A stretch of DNA of 64,000 nt from Phoronis australis (Eukaryota > Animalia > Phoronida), in the NCBI GenBank assembly GCA_002633005.1, contig NMRA01000111.1, forward strand, positions 800,656 to 864,655. The letters run 5' to 3'. Of this stretch, positions 1 through 12,300 are shown piece after piece. The position numbers and the translations under genes are program-made. The notes beneath the pieces are model-generated. The model saw only the letters and a list, made by a program, of their open reading frames with translations. It ran no database searches and was not told the origin of the DNA. Position 1 is the first letter of the stretch. Every line of letters begins with the position of its first letter.

Positions 1-100
1 ATGATCAACCTTGGCCGTCGCCAACACCTCCGATTTTGAGCCTGATCCCTCAGCGGGAGTCCGGCGGTGCCCACACGACTATTATTGTTATGACTGTCCA
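1..100 (-). CDS. Possible further exon of the WSC/Sushi gene, running off the window edge
   Basis: Acceptor TTTACAG ends at 101. Only the phase-1 frame is open (VDSHNNSRVGTAGLPLRDQ...), matching the phase of the upstream exon. No recognisable domain. Confidence 0.3.
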
Positions 101-696
101 CTGTAAAGTTTTAAATTCGTGCTCACAGTTGTTTTTGCCTTCGTCTAATGGAAATATGTTTCAGCCACGTCGAATGAAAAAATTGTCCAATAATTATTAT
201 GAGAGGAGTTACATTAACTTAAAGAGTGAAAGTCACGGTATAGGCACAATGAGCTCTGCTTGTAAACTGTTTTCTGTAGAAACTGAACACGCTGGTATAT
301 TTACTATGTGTAATTGAATTAGGCACAACACCATGGTCCACACAGAAATTGCGTAACTCAAAGCAACTGTTTTGACCTCATGAGAAAATTTGGCTATACG
401 ACGTCTGGTTATAAATAATGAAATCAGTCTCATTTCCAAGATCTATTCTAGCGGACATTAAATAGATAACGAAAAGCAAATGAAAGCGTAGTAGCTAGGC
501 CTACCTGACAGGAGATTTGCCATTTGGTTTAGATTAAAGGGGGCGCTTCGTTTGTGCCTGATGAGGTGATAATAACGAGCATTATTTGAAGATAGATAAA
601 TGCCTCTGATTTCCACCTGCGCGCCTAATTCGTTGTTTGACATGTCGATTTGTTAAAAATTCAAATACGTGTTGGTAAAATTCCCTCCTCTGGGGT

Positions 697-867
697 CAGG
701 GGCGAATCCACGATGTTGAGTTGGGGGGNNNNNNNNNNNNNNCCCCCCCCCCCCCCCCGAGCGCACACATGCTAGTCAGCAATTCGCACCCGAACTGCCA
801 TATGGTATCTTGGACAATTTTAGGGGTGGCCATGGCCCCCTTGCCCCCCTCCCTAAATCCGCCACCG
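697..867. mobile_element. MITE family A (CAG[G/T]GGCGGAT termini, 5-bp TSD)
   Basis: Termini CAGGGGCGAATCC ... AAATCCGCCACCG. Internal sequence is shared with the copies at 30627, 33123 and 61830. Contains the N gap. Confidence 0.75.
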
Positions 868-1389
868 AGGGTAGCTTGCATTGTATAGTGAGCATGCCGG
901 ATTGCGGAAAATATACAGCTGACGTGCTTATGCCGTGTTCGATTTTGCAGTCAACAATATCTGATTCAGTAAGAAATTAAAAGACATTTGATCACAAAGT
1001 AAACTTTTGTTAGACAAATGCAATCGTGAAAGTGTCGAATTGCGGCTATTTTTGTCTCTTGTGAATTAATAGACTGGTAAGGCACAATATCACGACTTCA
1101 ACGGAGTTGATAGTAACATCACTCAGCGGAACTCATTAAAGAAGGAATTGGAGCATTCTTCCTGCTAGGGATACTTTTACGATTCGTTCAACCACGTGGC
1201 GTGTGGACCAAAGTTAAAACTGTTTGCGGAATAACCAAAATATTCTGATTTGTTGCTGTCTTAAAGGCTTGTAAATTTAACTCAGGTTCTTTGATGGTTT
1301 ATTTTTTAATCTTGGCGAGAGCTTAGGGGCCTGTGCCGTGGACGAGTTCAATCGCATAAAACATAACAAAGTTAACAAACAACCATCAC

Positions 1390-3441
1390 CATTGCAGCTG
1401 GACAGTTGTTTGTTCCAGCTTCCGTTTTCTTGGCAGACAATGGTGGAGCTGACCAATCCATCTGTAAACGAGTGTCCATCTGTGCACTTGAATGCAACAG
1501 AACTGCCGGGACTGACGGTAGCCGAGCTGGTGTCTTTGACCGAGTTCGCCACGGTCGGAGGTGTACATGTGATAGCTGTGGATAAAATATTATAACATAA
1601 TTTTAGTATTTCGCGGGAAGCATGATAAGAGCTTTGATAGCTTGTGTTATCTTCGACTGTTGCCCCATATACCCAAAAAACTTCGGTTCCAGGGAGTTTC
1701 AACAATTGGTCAGAATTATGTCAGTGCTGAGTTGCAAGTCATATTTTATTAGATATTATGATGAATATATGTGAATTCGGTACTGTTTGCTTTAAAGAAA
1801 ACCCAAAGAGTATCAATTACGTTGCTCTCAAGATGTATATTTTTGGCGGGCGCTATTCAGTTTTTATTAACTTCACCAAAGATGTCCGGTCAAATCCAGC
1901 TAACGCAATGTGCAAGGTCTGGACCAAAAACCTAATTTGCCAATTCGGCCAGTTGTCTGTCAGTTCGACCTAGGGTAGTTTGTCTGTTTGTAGGTTTTAT
2001 GAATGCTTTATTTCCTTTTCGGAGCTCGCCACGGTCGGTAGAGTACACGTTACAGCTGTTGGCAATTTACGACGGGATGTCAGTGTTTTTCGGATAACTA
2101 GATCAGCAGCTTACAAATGTTACAATTTATCAACGATTCAGAATTCAGCCCTAATTGACTTTCGATTGACAACTAGTTGCACTACTTGTGAGATTGCGAT
2201 TTTTTATCATCTTTGTAGTGAAGAGCAGCTAAAAGAATTCAACTTTCCCTGGAAAACAACACCTTAAAAAATAATCTTCATCTATTATCTGCATGCATTT
2301 GTATTTAAAAATAAATTACTTAGACTGATTTGTCTCTGGGCCGTGAATCTTATCATTGTGCTCCAAACTTGATTCGCCAAAGACAGATTGCTTGTGTTAC
2401 ACTTCGAGTAGACTTAGAATAACTTTTGTATTCAAATCATGCGGCGCGGTTGATTAAGTTTCCTGTTTGAGTTCAAAGATGGCATTACACTCTATCACAG
2501 TGCTAAACGAACCACTTTGCAGTATAGGTGGCGCTGTGTCAGAGGGTAAGATGACATGAGGTCGGAGATTACATCCTTCTAGTCTTAGGTTTTCTACTAA
2601 CACAGTTATGTTGTAGGACGATCTTGACTAACAGGAGTGAAACGTGACAAACCAGTAAAGCAAACCTACCGTTGCAGTTTGTCAGTTGTTTATTCCAGCT
2701 GCCGTCATTTCCACAAACAATGGTGTGGCTTGCAGAGCCGTCCGTGAATAAATATCCAGTATCGCACGTGAATATTACAGAAGTTGTAGGATTGACTGTC
2801 GATGAGCTGATGTCCTTTACGGAGTTCGCAACGGAAGGAACAGTGCACTCTGCATCTGCTGACAAATTAATAAATAATTTCAGCATTTTTTCGACATAAT
2901 TAAGCTGAGGGATGAATGTTACACGTTCATGTTCTTGTAGCAATTTTGATTTCAATTTGAAAGTGCTTACCTACAGATTTCGCAAATGATATGGATTCTT
3001 CCGTCAGTGAGGTGATTGGCATTTGACAGACTATGCGATGCCTACCATAAGTATATTCTTTCGTCGCCGTCGAGCAAAATTAAAAGATTATTTCACAATT
3101 TCTGAGATTTTGAAATACATGGGAACGCAGCTAGGAATACCTACCTGTTGCTGACACATCCATAACCCAGTTACGCCATGGTCCTCCACATATCTGACTG
3201 GAGTCTCCTGGACATGTTGAGCTACACTCGGCGGTCGGTGCTGTGCCGTATTTCCCGTAGGAATTACCGCAGTAACACTGATTGCTGGACTGTGCACCGG
3301 CATACCTATAACCCATATCAGCACAGGTCTGCTTACAATAGGTCTCACTGTTGGAAGAGCCGTCAAAGCCAGCACGGCCAGACTTATAATAGGGAAGGTC
3401 TCGACCATTTGATCGAGAATCCACGTAGCATCCTGGTAAAG
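1390..3441 (-). CDS. Partial multi-exon gene for an extracellular WSC-domain + Sushi/CCP-repeat protein
   Basis: Three phase-1/1 exons with AG/GT boundaries. 3145-3441 is WSC-like (GCYVD...CKQTCADMGYRYAGAQSSNQCYCGNSYGKYG...CSSTCPGDSSQICGGPWRN). 2670-2855 and 1390-1575 are 186-bp Sushi exons (C-x-x-P...F-x-C-x-x-G...C-x-x-x-G-S-W...C). The 5' exons were not identified. Confidence 0.85.
1997..2055 (-). pseudogene. Truncated Sushi exon copy (pseudo-exon or alternative terminal exon)
   Basis: Acceptor CAACAG, then (A)VTCTLPTVASSEKEIKHS* in phase 1. It is homologous to the start of the 1390-1575 exon (AITCTPPTVANSVKD) but stops early. Confidence 0.6.
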
Positions 3442-4651
3442 CTGCAACAGGAAAAAACATACTGTGGAGAACAACTTGCACTTAATTTTCAATACATCGG
3501 CCCATAGCCAAATCAAGGCACTGTTTTTCAGTGCCGTATAAACAATTCTTAGCCAGTAGTAGCATACATATGTTTTTGGCCCCGCGTGCCCTGCCTGTTG
3601 ATCCGCGCCCACAGCATTTTTAGAAGCATCAACACAAGTTTCTACGCCTCTCGAAGCACTGTTCTCAGGTAGTGCGAACCCTATTCGTGGGAAAGTTTCA
3701 GTGAGTTGGTCAAGAGTATGGGGCATTAATGATTAAGCGATATTCAAAGAATTGTAGGAGTCGTATTGCTCCTGGAAGCATAAGCTTGCTCACAAAAAAG
3801 CGCGGACGCCTAAAAGTGCAGAGACTCGCCAAGAAAGCGCTAGGAATTCCTAATTAACTTTTTAAACGATTGTTGAACTTTCAGTTCTGTTTTTGCTAAA
3901 ATACAGGACTGCAAAGTCTGCAAATTTTGAATTTACGCAAAATGTAGGCTATATATATTTGACAAAGGTAGCATTCTTGACTGGCACAAGCACAGGCCAC
4001 TGATTAGCGATGCGTGAATTCTTGAAATCATCCAGTTCGATAGACAACCAACGTTGCTTAGTGGACACATTGTTGTCTCATCGTTTAGAAGCTGTCTGAA
4101 TTGCTTTCCTTCAAAGTGAAAATATCACCCATGTTTGCATTGCTGTGCCTCGTTTTATGAGCATTTGATAAGGGGCTCTTCGACTTATGCTTTGGGTCCC
4201 GCAGGTGCTTTTTATAATTTCCTGCGCCGCGATGAGACTGAGGTCCGTGAAGTCCGCTCAAATTAAAAAAGTTCCACGTAATATCAAAGATGTTATAGAG
4301 TATCTTTGGTAATATCTGAACTAATGCTCCAACGAATCATGCCACCTCTACTTGTGATGAAATGCTTCACTGAGTATCTTACTGGCTTTAGCAGGAGGGC
4401 ACACACGAGTAAAGAAAATACAAATGTGAACATTACACACCATAGAATACATGAACATAACAAAAACAACAGAAAAATGAAAATAAAATAAAATAAAATA
4501 AAGTGAACTTCTATAGTGTTGAGAAAAACATGAAAATGTTATCATGACATGTTACAGGCCTAAATAAATAATCATAAGGAGAATCATGATAAAGACAAAA
4601 CTAAGTAAAGAATGAACCTTAACCACAGATATTGTAAATAACAGATTACAT

Positions 4652-5414
4652 TGAAACTCGTCACCGGCTTTATTTTTGATCTTTTTAATACAACTACGCG
4701 CAACAGTGGATCGTGTGATAGAATATGGAGCACACATGAAGACATGACACCAAACTAATATATCGCACGATCGTGAATCTGAAACACAACGAAAGTTTAC
4801 CAATTAAATAGAAATTACCTCGACAAGGAACAACGAAAATTATGTAGCCCCAGCATATGGTTTGCATCAAGACCTTTGTGAGGCAATTTGAACTCATCTC
4901 AGTTTCACGTAGTGGTGACGGACATGTATCTTTTCACTGCTAGCGCAGGTAAACTTTATCCCTGCCGTTGACCAATGAGCTATACCTGGTATAGCTCATT
5001 GCGTTGACTTAAAGAAAAAATCCTGTGCGCTTATTTAATCTGTGATGCACTAAACGGCTAATCCGTACTCGGAAATCCACTCTGCATGCCGTAAGCAGCA
5101 GATTTATTTGTTACGGTTCATGAGGAACGTGTGCGTGGTAAACATTGTCCAACTTGATCAAATTTTGGTGACCGCCTTTATTTGAACTTTTGCCACCGTA
5201 TAGTTTAAGATATGTATGATTACCACCTCTGCGAGTTAATTGTTCATTTGTTCATAATTAACGAGTTTCCGTTTGTTTGAATTCACACAGCTTACAATAT
5301 AGACCTTTTACCGTTTGAATAACTTACATTGTAGTTCTATAATATCTTTCTAATGTTGATTATGTAAAATATAATAAACACTAATTGGAGTTAAGCCAGA
5401 AAACACTGGAAAAC
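4652..5414 (+). repeat. ~750-bp diverged direct duplication, copy A (copy B at 7064-7766)
   Basis: Co-linear blocks, e.g. CACAACGAAAGTTTACCAATTAAATAGAAATTAC, CCCAGCATATGGTTTGCATCAAGAC and CCAGAAAACACTGGAAAAC, occur in both copies. Confidence 0.85.
4973..5001. mobile_element. 29-bp perfect palindromic insertion with 7-bp target-site duplication
   Basis: CGTTGAC | CAATGAGCTATACC-T-GGTATAGCTCATTG | CGTTGAC. The paralogous copy B has a single CGTTGAC (~7385). Confidence 0.8.
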
Positions 5415-6935
5415 TGGATCTGGGCAGCCTAGTAGATTTAACCATCTAAAGATTATGATTCATTGACTTCATAATTATAGATTATAGATTTATCAAGGTT
5501 ATCTCCAACCTTATTTAGTGGCCTCTATTCTAACTCGTATATCAAAAAAAACTAAGCTTTGTCAACTAGTATACATGTAAGTATATATTTTCTGAAAGAA
5601 AAAGATTAGGGAATATGAAAATACTTTTTGTATTAATGTACCATTATTATTTTTACGTAAAAACCTTTTTAAGTCAAAATTATATTTTTAAGAATGGTAC
5701 TTTCATAGCAAATAAACCCCTCGGTCGATTTTTATGAAACCTTTTTTAAGTGAAAACTTCACCAGTTAACTAAAAACGTTGTTTGGAATTTTCGATTAGT
5801 CTTTTCGTTTGGTTTCTATGACAAATCAACTCGCAAAACATAAGATATCTTTGTAAAATACGGAAGTCGTATTCGTCTTTGTTACATTACGCAAAAATAG
5901 GCCTTTATATCGAAAATCTTAACAGTGCTTTTGAGACTGATGAGTTAATATTAACTTTGGAAAGCTTTAGCGAAATCTACCGATCCGTTGTCGAGAACTC
6001 GCGTTCCTAAGTTCAAATGAAGTCGATTTGCCGAAGCCGAAAAAAGCGGATTAAACTGGGACGAGTGAAAATCTCAAAGTCTTCGGTTCATTATTCGGTG
6101 AAAGCTTGTTTTCGGTACACATAACCTATACAAGCCTTAAATATGTTCGCTATTTCAACATTCACTCGCAATGTCAACTCATTTTGCAATGCATAATTAA
6201 CTTAATTACCATTAAAACGTACCGTTCCCCAGCTAACAACTGTTGTTTGCGACCATTTGACCTACTTTTATATGTAAATAGGTTCATTGTTATACACATA
6301 GCCTGTACACGTCACGTGCTGGGGGACTAGCTGATAAGAAACCAAGTAAGAAATGGATGACAAAAATTAAATCGGTGGTTAAAGCATGTCATTAGCATGA
6401 GACCGAAACATTGAAATGTCAATTTATTAATTGAATGAAGGAATTAGGATGAGAATTTATCTCTTTTCACGATTTGCTGTGTTCATGACCACAAAGGCCT
6501 GAGGCGACAGTAGCATTCGTTCTCAACGCCAACGGTCGTATACATGTAGACGGAAAACTTCCTTTAGGATCAAAACTACGTTTGTCTTTGTTTTCCCCTT
6601 CACCATTCTACCATAAGTAGGCCTACACCTCGTTTACACAATGTTATAGCGATTTTGTGAATGAAAGGACTGAGGGTATACGAATCTGTTCTGTATCTGG
6701 CGGGAGATTCGATTTGATTGAAAGCCCTTTAACCTTTGACCTCGGATAAGTAGTAAACAAATATCCACGCGGTTGTGCGGTTCCAAGATGATTCTGTTAA
6801 ATATTTTTTTCTCACTACGCTGTATATATTTTGTATTTGAAGTTCCCCGATTATGAAGATAAGGTATTTTACTTGACACGTGAAATATTGTAGAAATGGC
6901 CATTTTTGTGAATAAGGTTGGAGATAACCTTAAGA

Positions 6936-7045
6936 AACTGAAAACATGTCCCATGAACAATTCCCCAAACAACTTTTATTCATTACCACAATCTTATTCA
7001 GGTAATTTATCAACATTATTATGCTTTCACAGTTCAAAGTAATTA
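6936..7045 (+). repeat. ~110-bp duplicated segment (second copy ~8816-8930, in or downstream of the USO1 3' UTR)
   Basis: AAAACATG.CCCATGAACAATTCCC.AAACAAC...CAATCTTATTCAGGTAATTTATCAACATT...AGTTCAAAGTAATTA is present at both sites. Confidence 0.8.
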
Positions 7046-7063
7046 ATTGGAATGTTTTGGGCT

Positions 7064-7766
7064 AGAAGCTCGTCACCAGCTTTAGTTTTGACCTTTTTAA
7101 TAAGACTACTCGCAACAGTGCCGTGTGATAGAATATGATGGATCCCACATGAAGCCATGACAACAAACTAATATATCGAATGAGCGTGAATCTGGAACAC
7201 AACGAAAGTTTACCAATTAAATAGAAATTACATCGGCATCGGAACAACGAAAGTTATGTAACCCCAGCATATGGTTTGCATCAAGACTTTTGTGAGGCAT
7301 TTTAAACTCATCTCAGTTTCACATTGTCGTGGTGACAGGCATCTATTTCTTTTCAATGCTAGCGCATGTAAACTCTACCACAGCCGTTGACTTTAAAACA
7401 TGTTCCTGTGCGCTCCATTGAATCTGTGACGCACTAAGTCGGGATAATATACGTACCCGGAAATCTACTATCCCGTGTAAATTGCAGATTTATTTGTTAC
7501 GTGTCCGTGGTAATCATTGTCCAACCTGATCAATTTTTGTGAGCGCAATTGTTTGATTTGTCCACCGTAATCATCGTATAAAACGTGTGATTTACCACCT
7601 CTGCAATTTATTCATTTGTTCATAATTAACGATTTTCCGTTTGCTTGAACTCACACAGCATATAACTGAGCTCTATTACCGCTTGAATAACTAACATTGT
7701 AATCCTATAACATTTTTTAATGTTGATTACGCAAAATTGGAATTAAACCAGAAAACACTGGAAAAC
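7064..7766 (+). repeat. ~700-bp diverged direct duplication, copy B
   Basis: Co-linear with 4652-5414 and lacks the 29-bp palindromic insert. Confidence 0.85.
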
Positions 7767-8239
7767 CACATAAACAACCGTAGTTTTTACTATGACATTA
7801 TGATCATGTCAACATATCTGCAAAAGAGTGATTATTCCATCAACGCTATAAACAAAATTTTTGGTGAGACACTAAACAAGGAAAGTGTTACCACCAATCA
7901 CATTTACAAAATATTACCCATTTTAGAACACCATACATTGAGAAATTTTCCACGCAGAAATGAGCACACACTAAACTCAGGAGGCTATTGTGTACGTGCT
8001 GCGATGGTATTGCTGTGCAATTAGCGTTTCCATCTTTTACTGTAGGAAGTTTGTTCTCAGTCTTTGAAGTCTATGGTAATGTGCAGGATATAAATCCCGT
8101 GGTATTGCCAAAACCATGTAACGACAATTGAGGAAAAACTTAACAGGGATGCAAACTCAAATATTACTAAACACCTACAAGCTTCAAAACACTATGAAGG
8201 CAGTTATACATGTGATTTTCTCACTGTAACGGATTCAGG

Positions 8240-8370
8240 AATAAGAGCAACGCAGAGCGTTGAAATGCGCCCACGAATACATTGCAAATGGTGTGCTTTT
8301 NGACGCTGGACGGACGCCGGACGGAGATGACGGCATAATGCGTCCTCATATAAATATGTGGGCGCATAAA
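8240..8370. mobile_element. Helentron-associated (HINE/DINE-1-like) element, interior collapsed at N 8301
   Basis: One end is AAGAGCAACGCAGAGCGTTGAAATGCGCCCAC. The other is a (GGAC)n-like tract + GATGACGGCATAATGC + short hairpin + ATAAAAA. These are the same ends as 27478-29160. Confidence 0.75.
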
Positions 8371-9379
8371 AAGTGTCAAGACCTCAAGATCAACGAAGCC
8401 TTCTTCGTGCACACCACTGAATATGCTTCTGATCTGAACGTCCAGGTCACACATTACTGTACGTCACTGTACATCTACAGGACTGTGATAAACATCCAGG
8501 TACAGTATCTCACTGTACATGTAGGACAATGATTCCACATTTTGTAGTTAGCCTTTCTTATGTAGGTTTTCTCAATTTATTGACACCCTGTATTAGGGCA
8601 ACCATTCTTTTTGTCAGTCTTGAAAATGACAGTGGAGCTGAACAAACACGCTGGCCATTGCAATATGCTATTTTCTTTCCTCGCACATTTTGTACTGGTG
8701 AGTTTTTTGATAACCTTTGCAGATAACAAAAAAGGAAAAGCTCCAATTTAAGAATTGACTCAGATGAAACAAAGTTTAACCGCTTAAAATAAGATTTATT
8801 AAGATGGTATGCGCAACTAAAAACATGCCCCATGAACAATTCCCTAAACAACTTTCATACATTACAACAATCTTATTCAGGTAATTTATCAACATTTTTA
8901 TGCTTTCACAGTGCTAGTTCAAAGTAATTACCACACTTCTAAACATGGGTGTAAAATATAAACTCCACTGTTAACGTGTGGTGCTGAATAAATTCACTGT
9001 CACCACTATTGCAAAAAAAATGAAACTAGACTACACTGCACCCACGACTGTCAGATCAGGACAGTTACATTTCATCAACCTTTGTTTGAGTGAAGGCAGG
9101 AACAGATAAAATGGAAAATTCTGAAGCCAATAATTTATTTTATTAGAATTAGTAAAATGATTGCAGAGAATTCTAACACAACACTCTCGGTGAATTGTGA
9201 GACGATTGGCGAATGAGAATATTCACAATCAAAGAAACATTATTTTCCAGTTTGTACTCCAGCAATCATGTCAAGTTCACAGAGCAGTTCATTGTACTGA
9301 CTCAGTACAATCAGTCCATGAGGATAACAAAAAAATAAATATACGTCGCTGTAACATTGCGCTCTTCTCTTTTTGTTCA

Positions 9380-12300
9380 CTAATCATCTTCTTCCTCATC
9401 TTCTTCATCATCTTCAAAATCGTCATCACTCTCCACCTAAAATGGAACAAAAAGACCAATGGGACTTGGATGCAACTAGCACTGAGCACAACGCACAGAT
9501 GAGAACATGTGGAACACTAGAGGATGATGTCATTAATTGACATGGCAGTTATTAATTTGCTCCTATTATCATTTTCACAAGAACAAAGCAGTGGGATTCG
9601 TGCCTTGTGTCCAGAGGTCACGAGTGACTAGAGAGCGTTTTACATTTGTGGAGGTACTTGATCTAGTTTAGTTAGGGCTGCGCCCTTGACTATTGAAAGA
9701 TCCACTCAGCAACATTTGCTCATCACCTGGCTGTCACCAACAAAGCACACCCCTACTATAACTTTATTGTGAAAACTTTGACCATATTTTATATTTTTGG
9801 CAAAATAGTACCTTTACCCCCAGGAATACCTAATCAAAAATGAACTAAGATTTCATGTTTGCAGTTCAACAGAGACCCTATGCTTAGTCAAACATCCACT
9901 TTAACCACTGAATGGGTGTACAGTTGGGCCCCTGCACCATTAACTGTGGCAACCCTCACCTTATCCCCCAGCTCTTTTAACCTGGCCTTGAATTTTTCCA
10001 CCTTTGCGTCTTGGTCGGCCAGTAACACCAGTAAATCTTCTGACTCCTTCTTCATGGATGATACTTCCTCATCCTTGGAACCCATCTTTGACAACATCGT
10101 AGTATTCTCATCTGTTAGATTCTGAAACATAATAAAGGCTCTGTTGCAAAAGCACATATCTGTAAACTCGTGAGATGAGCTGTAATTTCAAAGTGATAGT
10201 GGGGTCACACAACTAAAGGGATTATTGCATGGAACGTGCTAAGAAAAGGCTGAGAATCGTACTTCTTTGGAAACTATATTTTCAGATTTGAAACAAACTA
10301 GAGAAATGCGGAGCGTTGAAATGCGAATCTGACAGCACCGCAAACAGTGTGCTTCTAGGGGAGTTTATTATTATCACAATTGGCCATTAGACGGCACAGA
10401 ATACATTGAACACATTTGAAAATGGGAAGGTGTCATTGTCTCTCAAAGCTATATACCAAATTTCATGAAAATCCATCTAAAAACTCTGAGATACAAAGGC
10501 AAACGTAAAAAAAATAAATTGCCAATGGTAACCTCAGCGGTCAAATCCATCCATATGTTGTCAACTTAAAAGGAATACAATTGCTAAGTTTCAAAAACAT
10601 TTTGCAAGGGGTATAGGAGATACAGCCATAGATGCAAAAACTGTCACTAGAGGGCACCACAGAATTTGAACCCATCTGAAAATCCATGTCAGTCATGATT
10701 TTGTCAGTAAGAACACGTCTGCTAATAACGATCCACAGCATGGTTTGGTAGATACAAAAGCAGACAACAAAAAACAGATTAAATAAAAATGGCCACTAGT
10801 TGGCGTAAAATACGTCAAATCCAAAACAAAATGGAAAGGTGCTGTCATCTTCATAACAGAAACGTATTTGTCAAATTTCATGAAAAAGCATCAAAGAACT
10901 CTGAAGTTACAGACTGAAGCAAATGCAAAAACACAATTGCTGCTAGGGAGCACACCTGTAGTGGGACTTGTCTGAAACTCATCGTCATCTATTGCCATCT
11001 CCAAAGGAACACATCTGCTAAACTTCACAAAACTCCTGCAACGGGCAAAGGAGATTCAGCAGTGGACAAAAAAAATGACACTAGAGGGCTCAAGAGTAGT
11101 CGACCATGTCTGAAAATCGACAGCCTCGGTCTTCTCATCAGGAACACATCTCCCAATGGATGAAGAGAGTGACACCAAAACATACCAAAATTTTTTAACA
11201 TGACCACCAGATGGTACAGAACACGCCAAATCTATCCGTTGTCGTCATCTTAATAGAAACCTATTTGCAAAATTTCATGATAGCAAAACTGGCCACTATA
11301 CATCGAATCTATCCAAAAAATGGAATCTGTCATATTCTCTTCAACAGAAACCTATTTATTAATTTTCATAAACATTTATCAAGGTACTTTGCAGCAGATC
11401 CCGAAAAGAATAAAATTGCCACTAGGCGGGCACAGCAGTAGTTGGATCCGTCCAAATGTCGTCATCGTCCGTAGTCACCTTCATATAAATACACTTTCCA
11501 AAATTAATAAAGATCCTGCAGAGGGTTTGAGATGCAAAAAGCTGCCACTAGGAGGTGCTACAGGTGTTGGAGTTGTCGTTCAAAATCATCACCAGCTGCC
11601 CTCTTCACACTAGAAACATACATGCCAATTTACATAGTCATCCTTATAGTGGTTTGGTTGACAGTCTAGAAAACTAAAAATGGTCACTAGATGGTGCAAA
11701 ATATGTCAAATCCATCCAAAAACGGGATCATTTCATTATTCCTTTAACAGCAACCTATTTGCCACTTGAAATTTCATAAAAATATGTCTAACAACTTCAA
11801 AGAAACAAGTGAAAACAAAAAATGAAACTGCCACTAGGGGGCACAGCGTTCATTGGATCCGTCCAAAAGTCACCATTGTCTGTTGCCAACTTATACACTT
11901 GCCAAATTTAATAAAGATCCTGCAATGAATTTTGGAGATACAGCCATAGACACAAAAAACTACTGCTAGAAAGCGCCGCAGCAGTCAAAATTGTCAGCTG
12001 TCCTCTTCCTAGTAGGAACATATATGCCAATTTTCAAAATCATCCTTTGCGCAGTTTGGTTGATAGAGGGCAGACACCAAAGAAAAGACTTAAAAACAGT
12101 AAAAATGGCCACTAGATGGCGCAAAATACCCGAATCCATCCAAAAATGGGAAGGTAGCATCATCTCACTAATAGTTACCTAAATGCTAAATTGATGGAAA
12201 TCCGTTAAGGACCTCCAAAGATATAGAGGTTAACATAAAAAATCAAAATTGCCACTAGGGGGCACACTGGTAGTCGGATTCATCTGAAAATTCGCTCATG

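Noticed and set aside
3550-3726. LDQLTETFP vs LDQMVETFP similarity suggesting a second WSC exon
   Set aside because: The similarity is short and in the non-coding frame. The WSC frame has stops and no splice sites were found, so it may be chance or a very old relic.
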